Origin: Octopus vulgaris
Lineage: Eukaryota
Length of the DNA stretch: 64,000 nt
Assembly (NCBI GenBank): GCA_951406725.2
Contig: OX597834.1
Span: 10,416,001-10,480,000 of the forward strand
Reading direction: 5' to 3'
Shown: piece by piece, positions 1 to 14,477 of the stretch
How the letters are laid out: every line of letters starts with the position of its first letter
Position numbering within the stretch: the stretch's first letter is position 1
Position numbers and translations under genes: made by a program
The notes under the pieces: model-generated
Database searches by the model: none
What the model was told of the DNA's origin: nothing
What the model saw: the letters and a program-made list of their open reading frames with translations, nothing else

Positions 1-1121
1 CATCACCAACATTCAAATTATGAAATCGTGCAAGTCTGATTTACTTTATAAGCAAATAGATACATCACACCTATACATCACCTCTCGGGTCTGGTCTCAT
101 TAGTTTTAAGCCATATCGAATGGCTGGCTCGCTCAGTTATTGCCTGGAGTTCTTTCAAGACAGCGTTTCCTTGACGATACAGAATGATACAATTGATATC
201 ATATCGAATGATAGAGAATTTCAATATCATATTCAATTCCAATATGATATCAAATAATATCATATTGGAATTGTATTACAAATATATACCCGAGCCGTAA
301 AATCACGTCTGTATGAAACAACATTTAATGGCGACTGTCTCAATTGTGCTCGAATCAATTGTAATAGGTGTATTACTTTGATACCAGTTTATGGCCATGA
401 CGATTAGGTTGATTAACAGAAGAATATATTTTCCATAAGCGTTCTGTATCGCAATTGATTGACTACACTTTTTGATAATTTAAATTCAATTTAACATACT
501 TAAGGCTAACACAGAAACTTAGATGAGCTTAGGATAAAATCATCCAAGCAAAATTGTTCAAATATCAATTTCAAATTTTGGCAATTTCGGAAGAAGGGAC
601 AAATTGATTACATTGAAACCAGTGCTCAACGGGTAGCTATTTTACCAACTCTGATAAATTAGTCAAATTTTAGTGTTATTTTGAGAGAGGAAGTTGTTTT
701 GGTTCGATATAACATAGTAAATTATAGGCTTCACCGTACTTGCTGATGAAACAGAGCATTCTCAGTTTTTCTCGCAATAAAGAAATAAAAATGTGTTCCT
801 GAGACATTAGACTGCCCAGTTCTCGTGGAAAATCAAAATACTGAACAACTCTACAAAGGTTAATTTTTATGGGGTGAGACTGGCTCCGACATAGTGAAGA
901 CAGTATGTTGCTCCAAATAAAATAGTGAAGTTAGCGTGAAAACATTTAATGCAGATATCATAAAAAGCTAACTATAAAATATTATGGGCAATGTTTTTAC
1001 ACCATTTTCTACCACTTGAATAGAGAAAACAGATTTTAGGATATAGCATATAATATACTTATGCAATATATGTATGTATGTATATATATATATATATAGG
1101 TATAAGTATGTATATGTGAAC

Positions 1122-1167
<46 letters not shown>

Positions 1168-2444
1168 GCGTACGCATACACCCGCGGACTCACTCACGAA
1201 CACTCATATATTCTACATCTTCGATGTTTTCATGAAACACAAACCTCGGTTATAGAATCCTATTAAAGTCAGTATTTACCGGTGAATATATAACTAGGTC
1301 GATCCATGATTATTACTGGTGTGGCAGAGTGTCTGAGAGGTTCGTATCCAGGGCTGAACCTACTGCAAGACTACTTCGGAAAGTGCATCCTCTTATAGTT
1401 TATCTTTGATTGATAACGTATGAGGAAAATGATACACATATACACAATTTTGGTGAAATATCGATAACTGATATAAATATTCCCCAAAATGCAGGATCAA
1501 TGATCGACGAGAAATATCCCTGGATATATTTGTTCTGTATCCATTTACATATAATTTATTTTTGTATCTAGCACAACATAAGAAATGAATAAATAGATAA
1601 TCGTTACGCATACATATATATTCACAAGCTGACACCTATATGCACACATACACGAATATGCATATAGACATGACTATAGAAACACACACATATATTTATG
1701 CATGAATACATACATATATATACATACCGTAATTATTATTTTGTATTGTTGTTGAGAGAGGCTCCCTTTCTTTCCTGATGAGAAGATTGCATCTTACACC
1801 GTTTATTCCTTTGGAATAAAACCATGTTGTCTTCGAAACATATGTCGAAAGTAAAGGAATTTTGTTAACATCTTCGTTCAACTCCATTTATTTATTTATT
1901 CATATATATACTTATATATATATATAGAGAGAGAGAGATATCAGTAAATTGTTAAATAAATTATAAATTGCTTCAGTGCTTACAACAGAAAAATAGATTC
2001 CGTATACTCTTCGTCTGACATCCCCGCTTCCATTCTCAAAACCGGAAACGGAAGTAGCAGTGAATGTAATAAAAGTTAGATTGCCACTAATTTATAAACT
2101 ATACAATATTAATTTGCCTCTCCACTTTCTTTCCCACTCATTAGCCTTACTAATGGATCATCGGTAATCATGCTCATTTATTTTCCCCATCTTTGGTGAT
2201 GATATCTCCCACTTCATAACAAATCGTATCGTATGAGCATCAGCAAGATGTCTTCTCGCTGAAACGTACACTCTTGGTATCGTCTACATGTTGTCCTTGC
2301 TTTATTATCCGTACGTGTGAATGTGGGAGTGTGTGTGGGTGTTTGTGTGCGTGTATGTATATTATTGTATAATTATATATATCATCCTTAAGTTTACGTT
2401 TTCAATGTTGTTTTGTTTCTGTTTTGATATCAATATACTTGATA

Positions 2445-2445
<1 letters not shown>

Positions 2446-2493
<48 letters not shown>

Positions 2494-2676
2494 ACATAAA
2501 TATATAAGTATATATAAATATATAAACATATATACACACATATATATGCATATTTGTGTATATATAAATACATATGTATCCATATATATATATATTTACA
2601 CATGTATACCTATTCATATATATATTTACACATGTATACTTATATATATATATATATATATTTACATATATGTATA

Positions 2677-2730
<54 letters not shown>

Positions 2731-2940
2731 TATATATATATATTTACATATATGTATACTTTATATATATATATATATATATTTATACATATGTATACTT
2801 ATATATATATATATTTACATATATGTATACTTATATGTATATATATATATATGAATATATGTATATATGTATGTGTGTATATGTATGTATATACATGTAT
2901 GTATGAGTATATATATATATATATGAATATATATGCATAT
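2446..2940. repeat. Compound (TA)n-derived minisatellite
   Basis: Recurring tttacatatatgtatact(ta)n units. Confidence 0.9.
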
Positions 2941-4379
2941 CATTATTACATTATCATTATTGTTATTATCATTGTCGTTATCACTATTATTTATACAAAG
3001 AGATCTTAAGTCATTGATGATACCTCTTTAAAACGAAAAAAAGAAATGAAGATTATGTATTTATATTTCTTTATTTGTTTATTTTGTATTTTACTAATTT
3101 ATCGTGTATTTAATTTTTTTTTTTTTATTTGAATTTTATTTTGTTCTGCTTGGGTCCCGTTCTTGTATCTTCATATAAACAATTCCATCACTGTTTCCAT
3201 TCCTAGGTCTGAATTTATTCTTCATAATTGCTTAAATATACATAGTAATATATATTTGTCCAATAGGAAAATATCTTAAAAAACACGAATCTTAATAACT
3301 ATGTCTATCCAATGAATGACCACATTGATACGTATCAGTTATTATCCTCTGTCATTGGAATACAGCTCTAGTCGATTATTCTCACGAACATCCCTGTTGC
3401 ATTGATCCAGCGGTTTTCTGTTGATTTAATACTTTCACCGAAAAATTTTTGTTGTAGGATTGCTTAATTTTCGAAAAAGGGATCCATAATATTGATATCA
3501 GAGTTGTTAATATTTCATACTTGTTTAGAAAGTTGGAGGACAGCACCCGTGCTAATTGTCACTGCAGCGCATTCGGTACCGCTGGAGTGGGCTGTCTGAG
3601 CTTTGCAGACTCTCGCACAATGTATTTCACTGGGTTCCATACGTAAAAACTCGCAGCATGCATAGACTACAGGTGGGTATCCCAGAAACGTGGAACAGTC
3701 AGACAACTAATCAGTGTACCCATGGGTTTAAACAGTCCCGCTGTAGAAAGGAGAATGCACCCAACAGCCTCTGAAATCCTGAATATCTATTTGAAATATG
3801 TAATTGTATTTCAAGCGAAATTTTAGTAAGACAGGCATGTCTCCGAAACATCTTACGTCTAAATACATATTTTTATGTTATTTACAAAAGTCAGATGGAA
3901 AGACTTAGTCACACACATAAGTATTGTGTGGAATTAGCAAGCAGAAATAATGCATATGTATGTTTATAACTCCTACTTTACGTATGGAGATATATTAGTT
4001 TCCACAACTATGCAGACAAAGAATTTACTATATATAAACTGTTTCAATAATGGAACATTCATAAATCTGATTAGGATAAAAGTGTATAAAACATTCAATA
4101 CATCAAGTATGTACGGGAAAGAAACACATAGTTCTTCATTTGATAATTTATTTTTAAATTCCACGCATTAAAACTACGATATCCTCAATTGTTAAGTAAT
4201 GAAAGTTTCTATTTTCTCTGAAAATGCTTTCAAATGTCAGATTGAAGTTAGTCCGTTGCTATTCTCGTGGTTACGTCATCATAAAATCTCCTAATGCAAC
4301 TTTGTAGCGAGACCATATAATCCATTTGTCTGTCTTTTTATACATGGGTATATCTAAGTAGGTATGTATGTCTACACAG

Positions 4380-4410
<31 letters not shown>

Positions 4411-4441
4411 AGGAGATGCACTTATTAACAGTTTGGAATAG

Positions 4442-4746
4442 GAGTTATAGCCAAAAAATAGAAAAAAATGATGGTAAATTTTTTTTCAGAGTTAAAAAGG
4501 TGGAGTTGCGTCCCCTAGACGGTCTGTGGTTTGGGTTTCTGATTCTCGACCCCATGTCGAATTTATCGATTTTTTCAGAACTGGGGAACTTTTCAAAATT
4601 TTCGCTGCGTTAGTTTTGAATTATGACACTGGGCTATGTGTGTGTCAAGTTTCATCAGAATCGGTTGAAAGCCGTGGTCAGAGTGAGAGTACGAGAAAAC
4701 AGACACACAGAAAACGCACAGACAAACTGCCGTTTATATAGAGAGA
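4442..4746 (-). mobile_element. 3'-truncated Helitron copy
   Basis: Reverse-complement homology to 27817-28125; lacks the hairpin/CTAG end. Confidence 0.75.
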
Positions 4747-5142
4747 TATATATATCTCAGGAGATGCACTTATTAACAGTTTGGAATAGAGACGAGTTTC
4801 TGAATTAAACAGATGGAAATGTAGGCTTGATTTGGTACTCTGCCAGAGCGGCTCGAATTTGTGAATTTAGACCACTGTTCGAATTAATACTATTGTCGCA
4901 ACATATATTATTCAAACAATAGGGCAGCTTCGAAGAAATATGAAAATCACTTTACTGTTAATTCCAAAGGTCACCCAGCCGCGATATTTCTGTTCCAACT
5001 AGTATCAATTTGTCTCCTTGTGACCTTCATAGCCGAGCAGCTCTGCATTGCATACATAAATTTTAGTAGACACACGAAGGCACACATTCACACACACAGA
5101 CCGATATTCGTACACATATACATACATACACACACACACGTA

Positions 5143-5199
<57 letters not shown>

Positions 5200-5262
5200 T
5201 AGAGACAAAACCACTATTTTGCAAAAAAAATCTGATTTTTTCCCTGTAAATTTGGATTTATT

Positions 5263-5301
<39 letters not shown>

Positions 5302-5326
5302 GTGTGTGTGTGTGTGTGTGTGTATG

Positions 5327-5385
<59 letters not shown>

Positions 5386-6439
5386 ACATATATACATATA
5401 TATATGTATACATATATACATATATATATATATATATGTATATGTTCGGAAGGATATATATTTATGGTCAAAACATCATTATGAAGAATGGAAAATTATA
5501 TATCTTCAACTATTATTTATTACAATGTTAATTCTAATAAATAAAATGTAAAGAATAGTAGAGAGAAAATGGTTTGAAAATTAGAAGCTTGTTTCCCCTA
5601 CTACATAGATCCGGCTCCAGTCCTATTGCATGGCACCCTGGGAAAGTTTTGGACCGACCAAAGCCTTTGTGTTAAGTTGGGATTTAGCAACTGAAAGTAG
5701 CCTGTCGTATAAACATGTGTGTTTGTGTATGCGTGTGTGTATGTTTATGTCCACCATCGCTCGATGACCGGTGTTAGTGTGTTTACAATCGCGTTACTTT
5801 ACAGTTCGGCTGAAGAGATTGATAGAATAAGTTTCAGACTTTAAAAATAAACGTGGTCGATTTATCCAACTACAAACTCTTTTAGGTGGTGCCCCAGCAT
5901 GGCCGTAGTGTAATAGCTGAAACATGTAAAAGAGATAATACTGCAATGGAGACTATCATATCTTCTGAGACCGAAAACACACAAGAAACTTCCACTTTCT
6001 ATCAGTATCTCTTAATCGGATTCCTTTTCAATTCATAGCATAAGAATTTACCTAAATTTAAGAAATTAACCGGATCACTATAGCTCTTAATTTTGGTATT
6101 TTTAAGTTAGCAAGAGAAATTTTCTTCTCCACGGTACTTCCCACTCACTTGAGAGAGAAATATTAATTGTTTGTGCTACGAAAGAAGTTTTTCTTAATCT
6201 AACAGTCTATTTGATGGGTGTAAATTTTTAGTGTTATGGCTATATTTCAATGGAAGTATGGCGCCAATAATCTACCCATGTGACCAGAATGAATCCTTGT
6301 GATGCCAGTCCATCTTTGTTTCGAATATAATCAACCTAGGACTACATTATCGATGTGCCTTTCTTCGTTTAAAATACTAGGGATATTTAACTGTGCTTTC
6401 TCTCAGTGAAATGCCCCAGGAGTTGAACATTATATTATG

Positions 6440-6491
<52 letters not shown>

Positions 6492-7202
6492 AGCATTGCT
6501 TGACAATCTCATTGTTTCACTCTCTCTTTCTCTCTCCCTCCCACTCCTTGTCTCTACTGTTAAAAATAATGAAAATACTGTTAAAAGGAAAAAAAAAGAT
6601 GGTACTTAATTCTTCAATCTTTTAAATGACTGTAGACCAACCAGTTTCAATTTCTCGAATAAAGTTGTATTGACGAGCCCAGAATAAGTACGAAATATTA
6701 CTGTCAAAAATTACAGGAATTTCTAATAAATGGATTTCATGGTAAAATGGAAACATTTTATACTCTTAACTCAAAGGAAAAAAAATCTCAATATAAGAGG
6801 AGAGATATAGTATAAACTTAGAAGCGGTTCTCACCCTTCATGGAAAATATATTCACCATCACTGTAATCTCAAAGTCTCTGTGCGTTTGTCTGTTTATCT
6901 CTCTCTCTCTCATTGCTATATTAGCAGTAGTGACAGCTGCAGTTCCCAGTGAAAGAACTACGTGTACATTTATTAAATTTTAGAAGAAATAGGTCAATAG
7001 ATACTTCTAAGTTATAGTTTTACTACCTATTAACAGACTGCTATTTAGTGTGGATTTCAAGGTTTGTATATAGCCCTTGGGCAATGTGCTTCATTTGTGA
7101 ATCAAAGAAACCACCTGCCCAAAATAATTTATGTAGTCTCGTCTTAAGAATAATTTAATATTGCCGAGTAAATGTTATACCTCAGACAAGAATTAAATAT
7201 AC

Positions 7203-7600
7203 TCTTTACTCTTTTACTTGTTTCAGTCATTTGACTGCGGCCATGCAGGAGCACCGGCCTTTGGTCGAGCAAATCGATCCCGGGACTTATTCTTTGTAAG
7301 CCCAGTACTTATTCTATCGGTCTCTTTTGCCGAACCGCTAATTGACGGTGACGTAAACACACCAGCATCGGTTGTCAAGCAATGCTAGGGGGACAAACAC
7401 AGACACACAAACATATACATACGCATACATATAAACATATATACGACAGGCTTCTTTCAGTTTCCTTCTACCAAATCTACTCACAAGGCTTTGGTCGGCC
7501 CGAGGCTATAGCAGAAGACACTTGCCCAAGATGCCACGCAGTGGGACTGAACCCGGAACCGTGTGGCTGGTTAGCAAGCTACTTACCACACAGCCACTCC
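7203..7600 (-). mobile_element. tRNA-derived SINE family A (internal (TA)n(TG)n)
   Basis: Head gagtggctgtgtggtaag..ccgggttcagtcc; tail gaaacaagtaaaagagt. Confidence 0.9.
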
Positions 7601-8105
7601 AAAGAAAATATTTTGAGATAAATTCCCACCAAGCTCTAGACTTGTAAAATTCTCTCTCTGTCTCTGTCGCTGTCTGTCTCTCTTTCTCTCTCTCTCGTTC
7701 TCTCTCTCTCTCTCTCTCTCTCAAACTCACACACACACATTTTATCTTTTACTTGTTTCGGTCATTCGACTACGGGTATCTTGGTGCACCGCCTTGAAGG
7801 GTTGTTGTCGAACGAAACGACCCCCAGGACGTGTATTTTAAGTCCGAAACCTATCCTATCACTCACTTATGCCGAACTGCTGAGGTGCAGGAAAGTAAAC
7901 AGACCAACACCGGTTATCAAGCGTTGTTAGGGGTAAATACAATAGTTAATTTCTAGAATATTCTGTATAGGAAACAAACTTGTAAAATGTTAGAAAACAG
8001 CTATGTTAAATGCATTCTTTGAAAATAGGTAAATATTCTCCGAGGTATGTAGCTATACCTTATCCCTGATTAATGTCTTAACATTCACTTTTAAACATGA
8101 ACAAA

Positions 8106-8520
8106 TGTGGCTGTGTGGTAAGTAGCTTGCTAACCAACCACATGGTTCCGGGTTCAGTCCCACTGCGTGGCATCTTGGGCAAGTGTCTTCTGCTATAGCC
8201 CCAGGGCCGACCAATGCCTTGTGAGTGGATTTGGTAGACGGAAACTGAAAGAAGCCTGTCGTATATATGTATATATATATATATATAAGTGTGTGTGTAT
8301 ATGTTTGTGTGTCTGTGTTTGTCCCCTTAGCATTGCTTGACAACCGATGCTGGTGTGTTTACGTCCCCGTTACTTAGCGGTTCGGCAAAAGAGACCGATA
8401 GAATAAGTACTGGGCTTAGAAAGAATAAGTCCCGGGGTCGATTTGGTCGACTAAAGGCGGTGCTCCAGCATGGCCGCAGTCAAATGACTGAAACAAGTAA
8501 AAGAGTAAAAGAGTAAAGAG
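8106..8520 (+). mobile_element. SINE family A
   Basis: Full length; near-identical to other copies. Confidence 0.9.
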
Positions 8521-8546
8521 AATGTATAACTCATGCAAAATATGTA

Positions 8547-8982
8547 GGATCTTTTCGGTTTGACCGGCAGTTTTTTCTAGCGGTGTCATATGAAACTGTC
8601 ACCCATAATTATGACCCTAGTATCGATCTATTGCATTTCAATCTGTTTTAGGGTTAAGGTTAGAGTTAGGTTTAGTTAGTGTTAGAGGTGGAGGAAGCGT
8701 ATCTTTTTTTCTTCAGAAATGTAAATAAACCCAATCTGTTTCTTGAATGAGGGACATTTTCATACGGCACAGAATGCTTTTACCTCAATAAACGTCACTG
8801 ATTGGTTGAAATTGCAGAAATTGAAGAAAAAAACAAATATATTACAAACTATAGAATTTTCTCAATAACGCCTAGAGAAAATGATGTTTTATAAACACAT
8901 TCTACCAGTATACGAAGTTTAAAAGTGTTTAGTTACGTGGAAATTATTTTTTAAAAAAATGCCGGTCAAACCGAAACGATCC
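8547..8982. mobile_element. MITE with 23-bp TIRs and 8-bp TSD (GG termini, Merlin/hAT-like)
   Basis: ggatcttttcggtttgaccggca ... tgccggtcaaaccgaaacgatcc (1 mismatch); TSD aatatgta/aatatgtg. Confidence 0.85.
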
Positions 8983-9245
8983 AATATGTGAAATGTTCAA
9001 TAAAAAGTTAATTTTCTAGTGCAAATGGGAAATATAGGGATGTAGTGAAATTGAATTTGACAAATGCAAGTGAATAAGTAAATATTGTTTCCTAATGTAG
9101 TGATTTTACTAGTAAATGAGAAATAAAGTTGAGTTAGTCATACGGACTTTTTCGTTTGTGATGAAATATAATATACACGCACGAATGCACTGCCTCTTAA
9201 ATTTGATATGGAAATTTGATATGAAATAGGGTCAATGGTAATATT

Positions 9246-9615
9246 CTCTTTACTCTTTTACTTGTTTCGGTCGTTTGACTGTGGCCATGCTGGAGCACCG
9301 CCTTTAGTCGAGCAAATCGACCCCGGGACTTATTCTTTGTAAGCCTAGTACTTATTTCATCGTTTTTTTGCCGAACCGCTAAGTTACGGGGACGTAAACA
9401 TACTAGCATTGATTGTCAGGCGATGTTGGGGGGGACAGATACCCCCCCACACACACATATGTATACATATATATACGACGGGCTTCTTTCAGTTTCCGTC
9501 TACCAAATCCACTCACAAGAATTTGGTTGTCCCGAGGTTATAGTAGAAGACACTTGCCCAATGTGTCACGCAGTGGTACTGAACCCAGAACCATGTGGTT
9601 GGTAAACAAGCTACT
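9246..9615 (-). mobile_element. SINE family A (head continues at 11918-11951)
   Basis: Split by the 2.3 kb ORF1 element. Confidence 0.85.
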
Positions 9616-11915
9616 TTATTTCATTAAGATTTGCCATAAAGGCATTACAAAGAGTAGCTTGCGGGCTGGACATATACATTGATGAGGTGAATGATGAAAC
9701 AAGGATGATATTGATGAGAGAAGGCAGAAAACGCCCGTCGATTTTCTGCTTCTCTAAAACATTTTTCTTTTTTCCATCAAAAACGACAATTATTGGACTT
9801 AAAATTCCATTACAAATATATATAATAAATTATTCAATATACACACAATCTATAAGATCAATCCTTCTCATCGGATCGGAACCCCTAAGCAAATGATACG
9901 CCGCCTGCAGGAAAGCCTGCATCGGCAGGTCGGGGCGCGGAAAGAGGAAAGCAAAATCTTCCTTAATACAGGTTACCATGACCTCGAACAGCTCCTTCTG
10001 ACTCACGACGTCCGCAGCCACCTGCGGAGGCCAGTCTGGACAGTCTATACAAACCGAGTCCAATCGTTCTCGGGCTGGAAGACCGTCCAAGCACTTCTCG
10101 ACAGGCCCTTCCCTGATATAGAAAACGACGGGTTTCACGTCCTCCACACGGGCAGGGGCCTCAGCTCACTCTGTCAGTCGCACAATTCCCACTTCCAGAG
10201 CCTCTCGCTCCGGTGGCACACCTTCCACCGGAGGAGCATCGGGTTCAGTCGGCGGCACAGCGATATCCGCCGATCGTCTCCCGTTTCTCTTCCCTCTCTT
10301 TTTATTTTGTACGGGTGCGGGAGTCGGAGCCTCCACCTGGGGTGGGGTCCTCCTCCTCTCCCTCAACCTGCGCGTCTGTTGGTGAGCAACCATTGTTGCC
10401 CACCTTTCTTTTCCTTCTCGTTGAGGCATCGGCCTCAACGACTTCCGCCGTTTCTCCCTGCAATGGGTGAGCGGAGGACATCTTCACCTTTCCCTGCTCC
10501 GGGACCTTACCACGGCCCCGGGGCAGTCCTTCTAAATGTGGCTTGTCTCCAGGCGCGAGTGACACTTGGGCGAGGGGCGACCCTCAAGTATCACTGGATA
10601 CCTTGAGCCATCCATTTCAAAAGGTCAGGGAAAGTCATTTCACCCGCGGGCACTGGAGTCCGTAGGGTCAAAGTTGCCTTAGCACCCTCCTAGTCGACCG
10701 CACGCTTTATCTCTAAATTTAAAAGCCTGGGCCCGCTATCTCCCAGGCCCCGCCGGATGGCATCTGCAATCCACCCCGCTTCGGTGCCCGGGGGAAGACC
10801 ACATACCTAGGCCCTTATCACTTTCTTCCCACGATTTGTGGGAAGAAACAAAATCTCGTTCCCTTCCAGGGGCTGGCCTGCCACAGTGCAAGCCTCCTCA
10901 GGAGTGTCGAAAAGCAGCCACACCGTGGCGTATTTGACACCCCTGGTTACATAATAATTTTTGGCTGGCAAACATTTTGCCAGCTCTTTATTAATAATAC
11001 CCTTGTCGAAGAGGGCGATGACGTCACCTTCCTTCTCTCAAGGCTTTCAATCCATTGCTTAGGTGGGACCACCTCCTATTCCAAGGCACTTTTTGCATTT
11101 GCCATGTTAAAAATCATTTCAAAAGAAGAAGGAAAGTCCGAATAAATTAACAAGCCCAAAAAGAAATAAACAAGTCAGTTCAAAAAATGAATAAAAACTA
11201 AAATCCAAAAGAAACGCAAAAACAACTCCAAAAAGAAAGAAAAAAAACAGAAGGATAGAGAAAAGAAAAACAGTTCACACAGCAAACATCAATGGCCAAC
11301 AGGTACTCCTGGCCAACTTCAACAAGTTTCAATGACAAAATCCAGTAAGTTCCAATACAAAAACCAATAAACAGCAGCCCCCGACAGCAGGCAGAATTGC
11401 CACGGAGCTGGGCGAAAATTGATCAACACACAAACAATTACTATTTGACAAATTACATCCAGCTCAAACGAAAACAAAACCACCTACCTCTACGGTCTTA
11501 TGCTGATGTTGTTCGTTTTTCTTTCAGTTCAATATTGAACAGAGCCAACACACTCAAGTCCACCTAGCAAAAATATTCCTTCCTGTCTTGGTACTCCTTG
11601 GTAATCCAGTGGAAATTCACTGACACGAAGACAATTTTCGTAAACAAATTAATTCTTGCGGAGGGGCTACGCCTCCTCAAAAACACAATTCTTACTGCAA
11701 AGTGAGTCTGTATGAGCAAAGTGAGCAAATGTCTGGAGCAGAGTGGAGACCCATGCTCACCAAAAAACTATTCAATACAGGGTAACAAACTCCACTAAGC
11801 CCTAAAAAAAAATCTAACAAACGACTACCTGTAGTCGTGCTTCCAAAACGTTCAATTTTCACGTCGCAAGACGTGACTTTGAAGCTGCATGAAAAATGCG
11901 AACTCTTCAGTCAGT
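9616..11915 (-). mobile_element. Non-LTR retroelement with a disrupted ORF1 (CCHC zinc knuckle) and no visible ORF2
   Basis: GC-rich disrupted frame ~11105 to 9830, containing EGRPSPKCHSRLETSHI*KDCP (degenerate CX2CX4HX4C) then a basic low-complexity region. AATAAA at the 3' junction. Splits a SINE, with duplicated caagctac. Confidence 0.6.
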
Positions 11916-12244
11916 GAGGTTAGCAAGCTACGTTCCTAACAGCCATTCCTACATTAATCATGAATTTTAAAGAAGTCCCCGGAAATAAAATACCCGGTGA
12001 ATAACTGGGTATTTTAAAAATAATCGTAACAAATTTCACGTCCCGTTTATTATTCGCGACTTTATTTTAAGACAGCCTTACAAAGCACATAATAAGGCAC
12101 AAACTTATTGCAAAAGTCTCAGATATTTGTTTAACTGTTTCAAATGCATACATAAGAATGCCAATACCCTGTGCGTGAGCTGCAATATTATTGTTATTAG
12201 TAAATAAAACTTCGAAATAATTTAGCTGTCACTGGCATAACACA

Positions 12245-12298
<54 letters not shown>

Positions 12299-12345
12299 CA
12301 TACATACATACATACATACCTTCTTTTAAAAGTTGCTAGATATTC

Positions 12346-12710
12346 TTTTCTACTCTAGGCACAAGACCCGAATATTTTTTTTTTCGTTTGCGGGGAGAGG
12401 TAATTAATTTATCGACCCCGAAAGGATGAAAGGCAGAGTCGACCTCGGCGTAATTTGAACTCAAATCGTAAACGAAATACCTATTTCTTTACTACCGCAA
12501 GGGGCTAAGCACAGAGAGGACAAACAAGGACAGACAAATGGATTAAGTCGATTATATCGACCCTAGTGCGTAATTGGTACTTAATTTATCGACCCGAAAG
12601 GATGAAATGCAAAGTCGACCTCGGCGGGATTTGAACTCAGAGCGTAACGACAGACGAAATACCGCTAAGCATCTCGCCCGGCGCGCTAAAGTTTCTGGCA
12701 GCTCGCCACC
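12346..12710 (-). mobile_element. SINE family C with partially duplicated body
   Basis: Head ggcgagctg..ttagc, core gtcgactttgcctttcatcctttcggggtcgataaa. TSD ttaaaagttgctagatattc / ttaaaagttgcaaaatattc. Confidence 0.85.
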
Positions 12711-14477
12711 TTAAAAGTTGCAAAATATTCACAGGACTGTTAAACGTTTCCTTTCTTCGCATCGTTATGATGAATACTGAATTCTTAGAATACGAAAATG
12801 CAAGTAATTTAAAATGCAGTATTCACAAATAACTTCTAACGAACAGGAAAGGGAAACTCTGAGTAACAGTTCTATGAATATTTGGCAGCTTTTATAATAA
12901 AACATATTACTCTACCCTTGGTATTCGAGTACTATTTCTTCCACGTTCTCTTGCTTACACTATTTACATATATGATATATATGTAAACCCCTCTCCCCTT
13001 TTCTCTTCCTATCTTCCCTTCTCTTTTCTCTTTTGCTGCCTGTCTCTCTCTCTATATATCTATCTATCTATATATATATGTACACATAGATACATATATT
13101 CATAAGTTAAAAATCACGTAAATATAAGTTTCAAACAACATATTTATGAAAACATTTCCAGTATTATATTCGGTGACCTAAACTAAAATAGAAATTTCTC
13201 GACCTTTTAGCAGGAAATGTTGCTCAAGTTCTTTCAATAGAACAGACTCTTTTACAGAGACACAACGTGCCGCGTGGTGGTGGTGCCAGGCACAGCACCT
13301 GATAAAATCTGCTACAAAATTAGGCTATGTCGAATTTTGAACTGAGTACGCAACGATTCGGGACTAATATCAGAACGAATTCTATCCGATGTTCCTAGGG
13401 TTTCTCACCACGGATCTACTTGGATTACACTTCAAGCGATCGCAAAGAGATAAAAGACTAAGTTGAGATAATCCGAACTGAGAGCGCAGATGTTATAACA
13501 AATATCCGATGGCATTCTGACCCCGATGCATTAGTGGCTCTGTCAGTTCAAAGTTTTAATAAAATTTATAATTGAATAGATCTCTAATGAGGGTTAAATA
13601 TAATAGTTTACTATGAGGAACTCGGATGTGTATTGTCCAATAAGCTAAAATGGATTTATCGATAAAAATCTACCGATTTTTTTTTCGTAAGGTGTGTTGA
13701 ATTGACTTCGATTAACTAGTGACTTCTTTGCTTGTTGTCCATCAGGACAGTCACAGATATCTAAATATTCACAAATAACTTCAAAATAACTGTCACTGAT
13801 ATTTCGAAAGACACCAGACATTACTAACAAAAGACAAAGAAAATAGTTTGAACTTATATAGGATAATGCTCAGAAAACCCGAATAGTTTATCATAATAGC
13901 CATGGGTTTAACCTGTTGAATTAAAAATACAAGAAATAGAGATCGTGAGTCGTGAGATTGGCAAGATCTTCAAAGGTTGGTTGGGTTGAAATTTAGTTTG
14001 TTAGATGGGTTAGTATGCAATGGCTAATGTTAAGCATGATAATGTAAATTTCGTGGAGTTTGAATTATCGGCTGATATGCTCCCTGTTTAAAAATCGCAT
14101 ATTATTAGTGTTACAAAAATGGCATACGCTATACGGAAGATAGCTTCTCATGTCACTTTATCCACTTGGTTTTACACTACCAAGCAATTACAATCCCATG
14201 ATATATTTCTCTGCAGAACCATTCTGTGTCATAATTTCCCTTGCAATGTAAAACATCATTATGCACTTTGTACAATTCAATTATGTAACTTACTGTTTAC
14301 AAATTCATATAAATGCTTCGTGTCATTTTCCTTTTATGAGAGATTACAGATCCGAGAGTTGTGTCGGTAGCATATCTAATATCGTTAGGCAGGGCTTCAG
14401 TTTGTGACAGGCTTTCAATCACATCTTTCAGTCAATAAATGGGAAATTCAAGGAAAGTGCCTCACAACGGTATATAA

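Noticed and set aside
2035-2316. ETS-like motifs (ccggaaacggaagt) and a short hydrophobic frame (LGIVYMLSLLYYP)
   Set aside because: Too short; the frames from the best acceptor hit stops; no supporting promoter context.
3588-3716. RNase P-like P4 pairing (gtctga/tcagac)
   Set aside because: The CR-I (GGAAnGUCUG) and CR-V consensus nucleotides are absent and the spacing is too short.
9893-10606. 237-aa plus-strand ORF
   Set aside because: Antisense frame of the GC-rich ORF1 retroelement.
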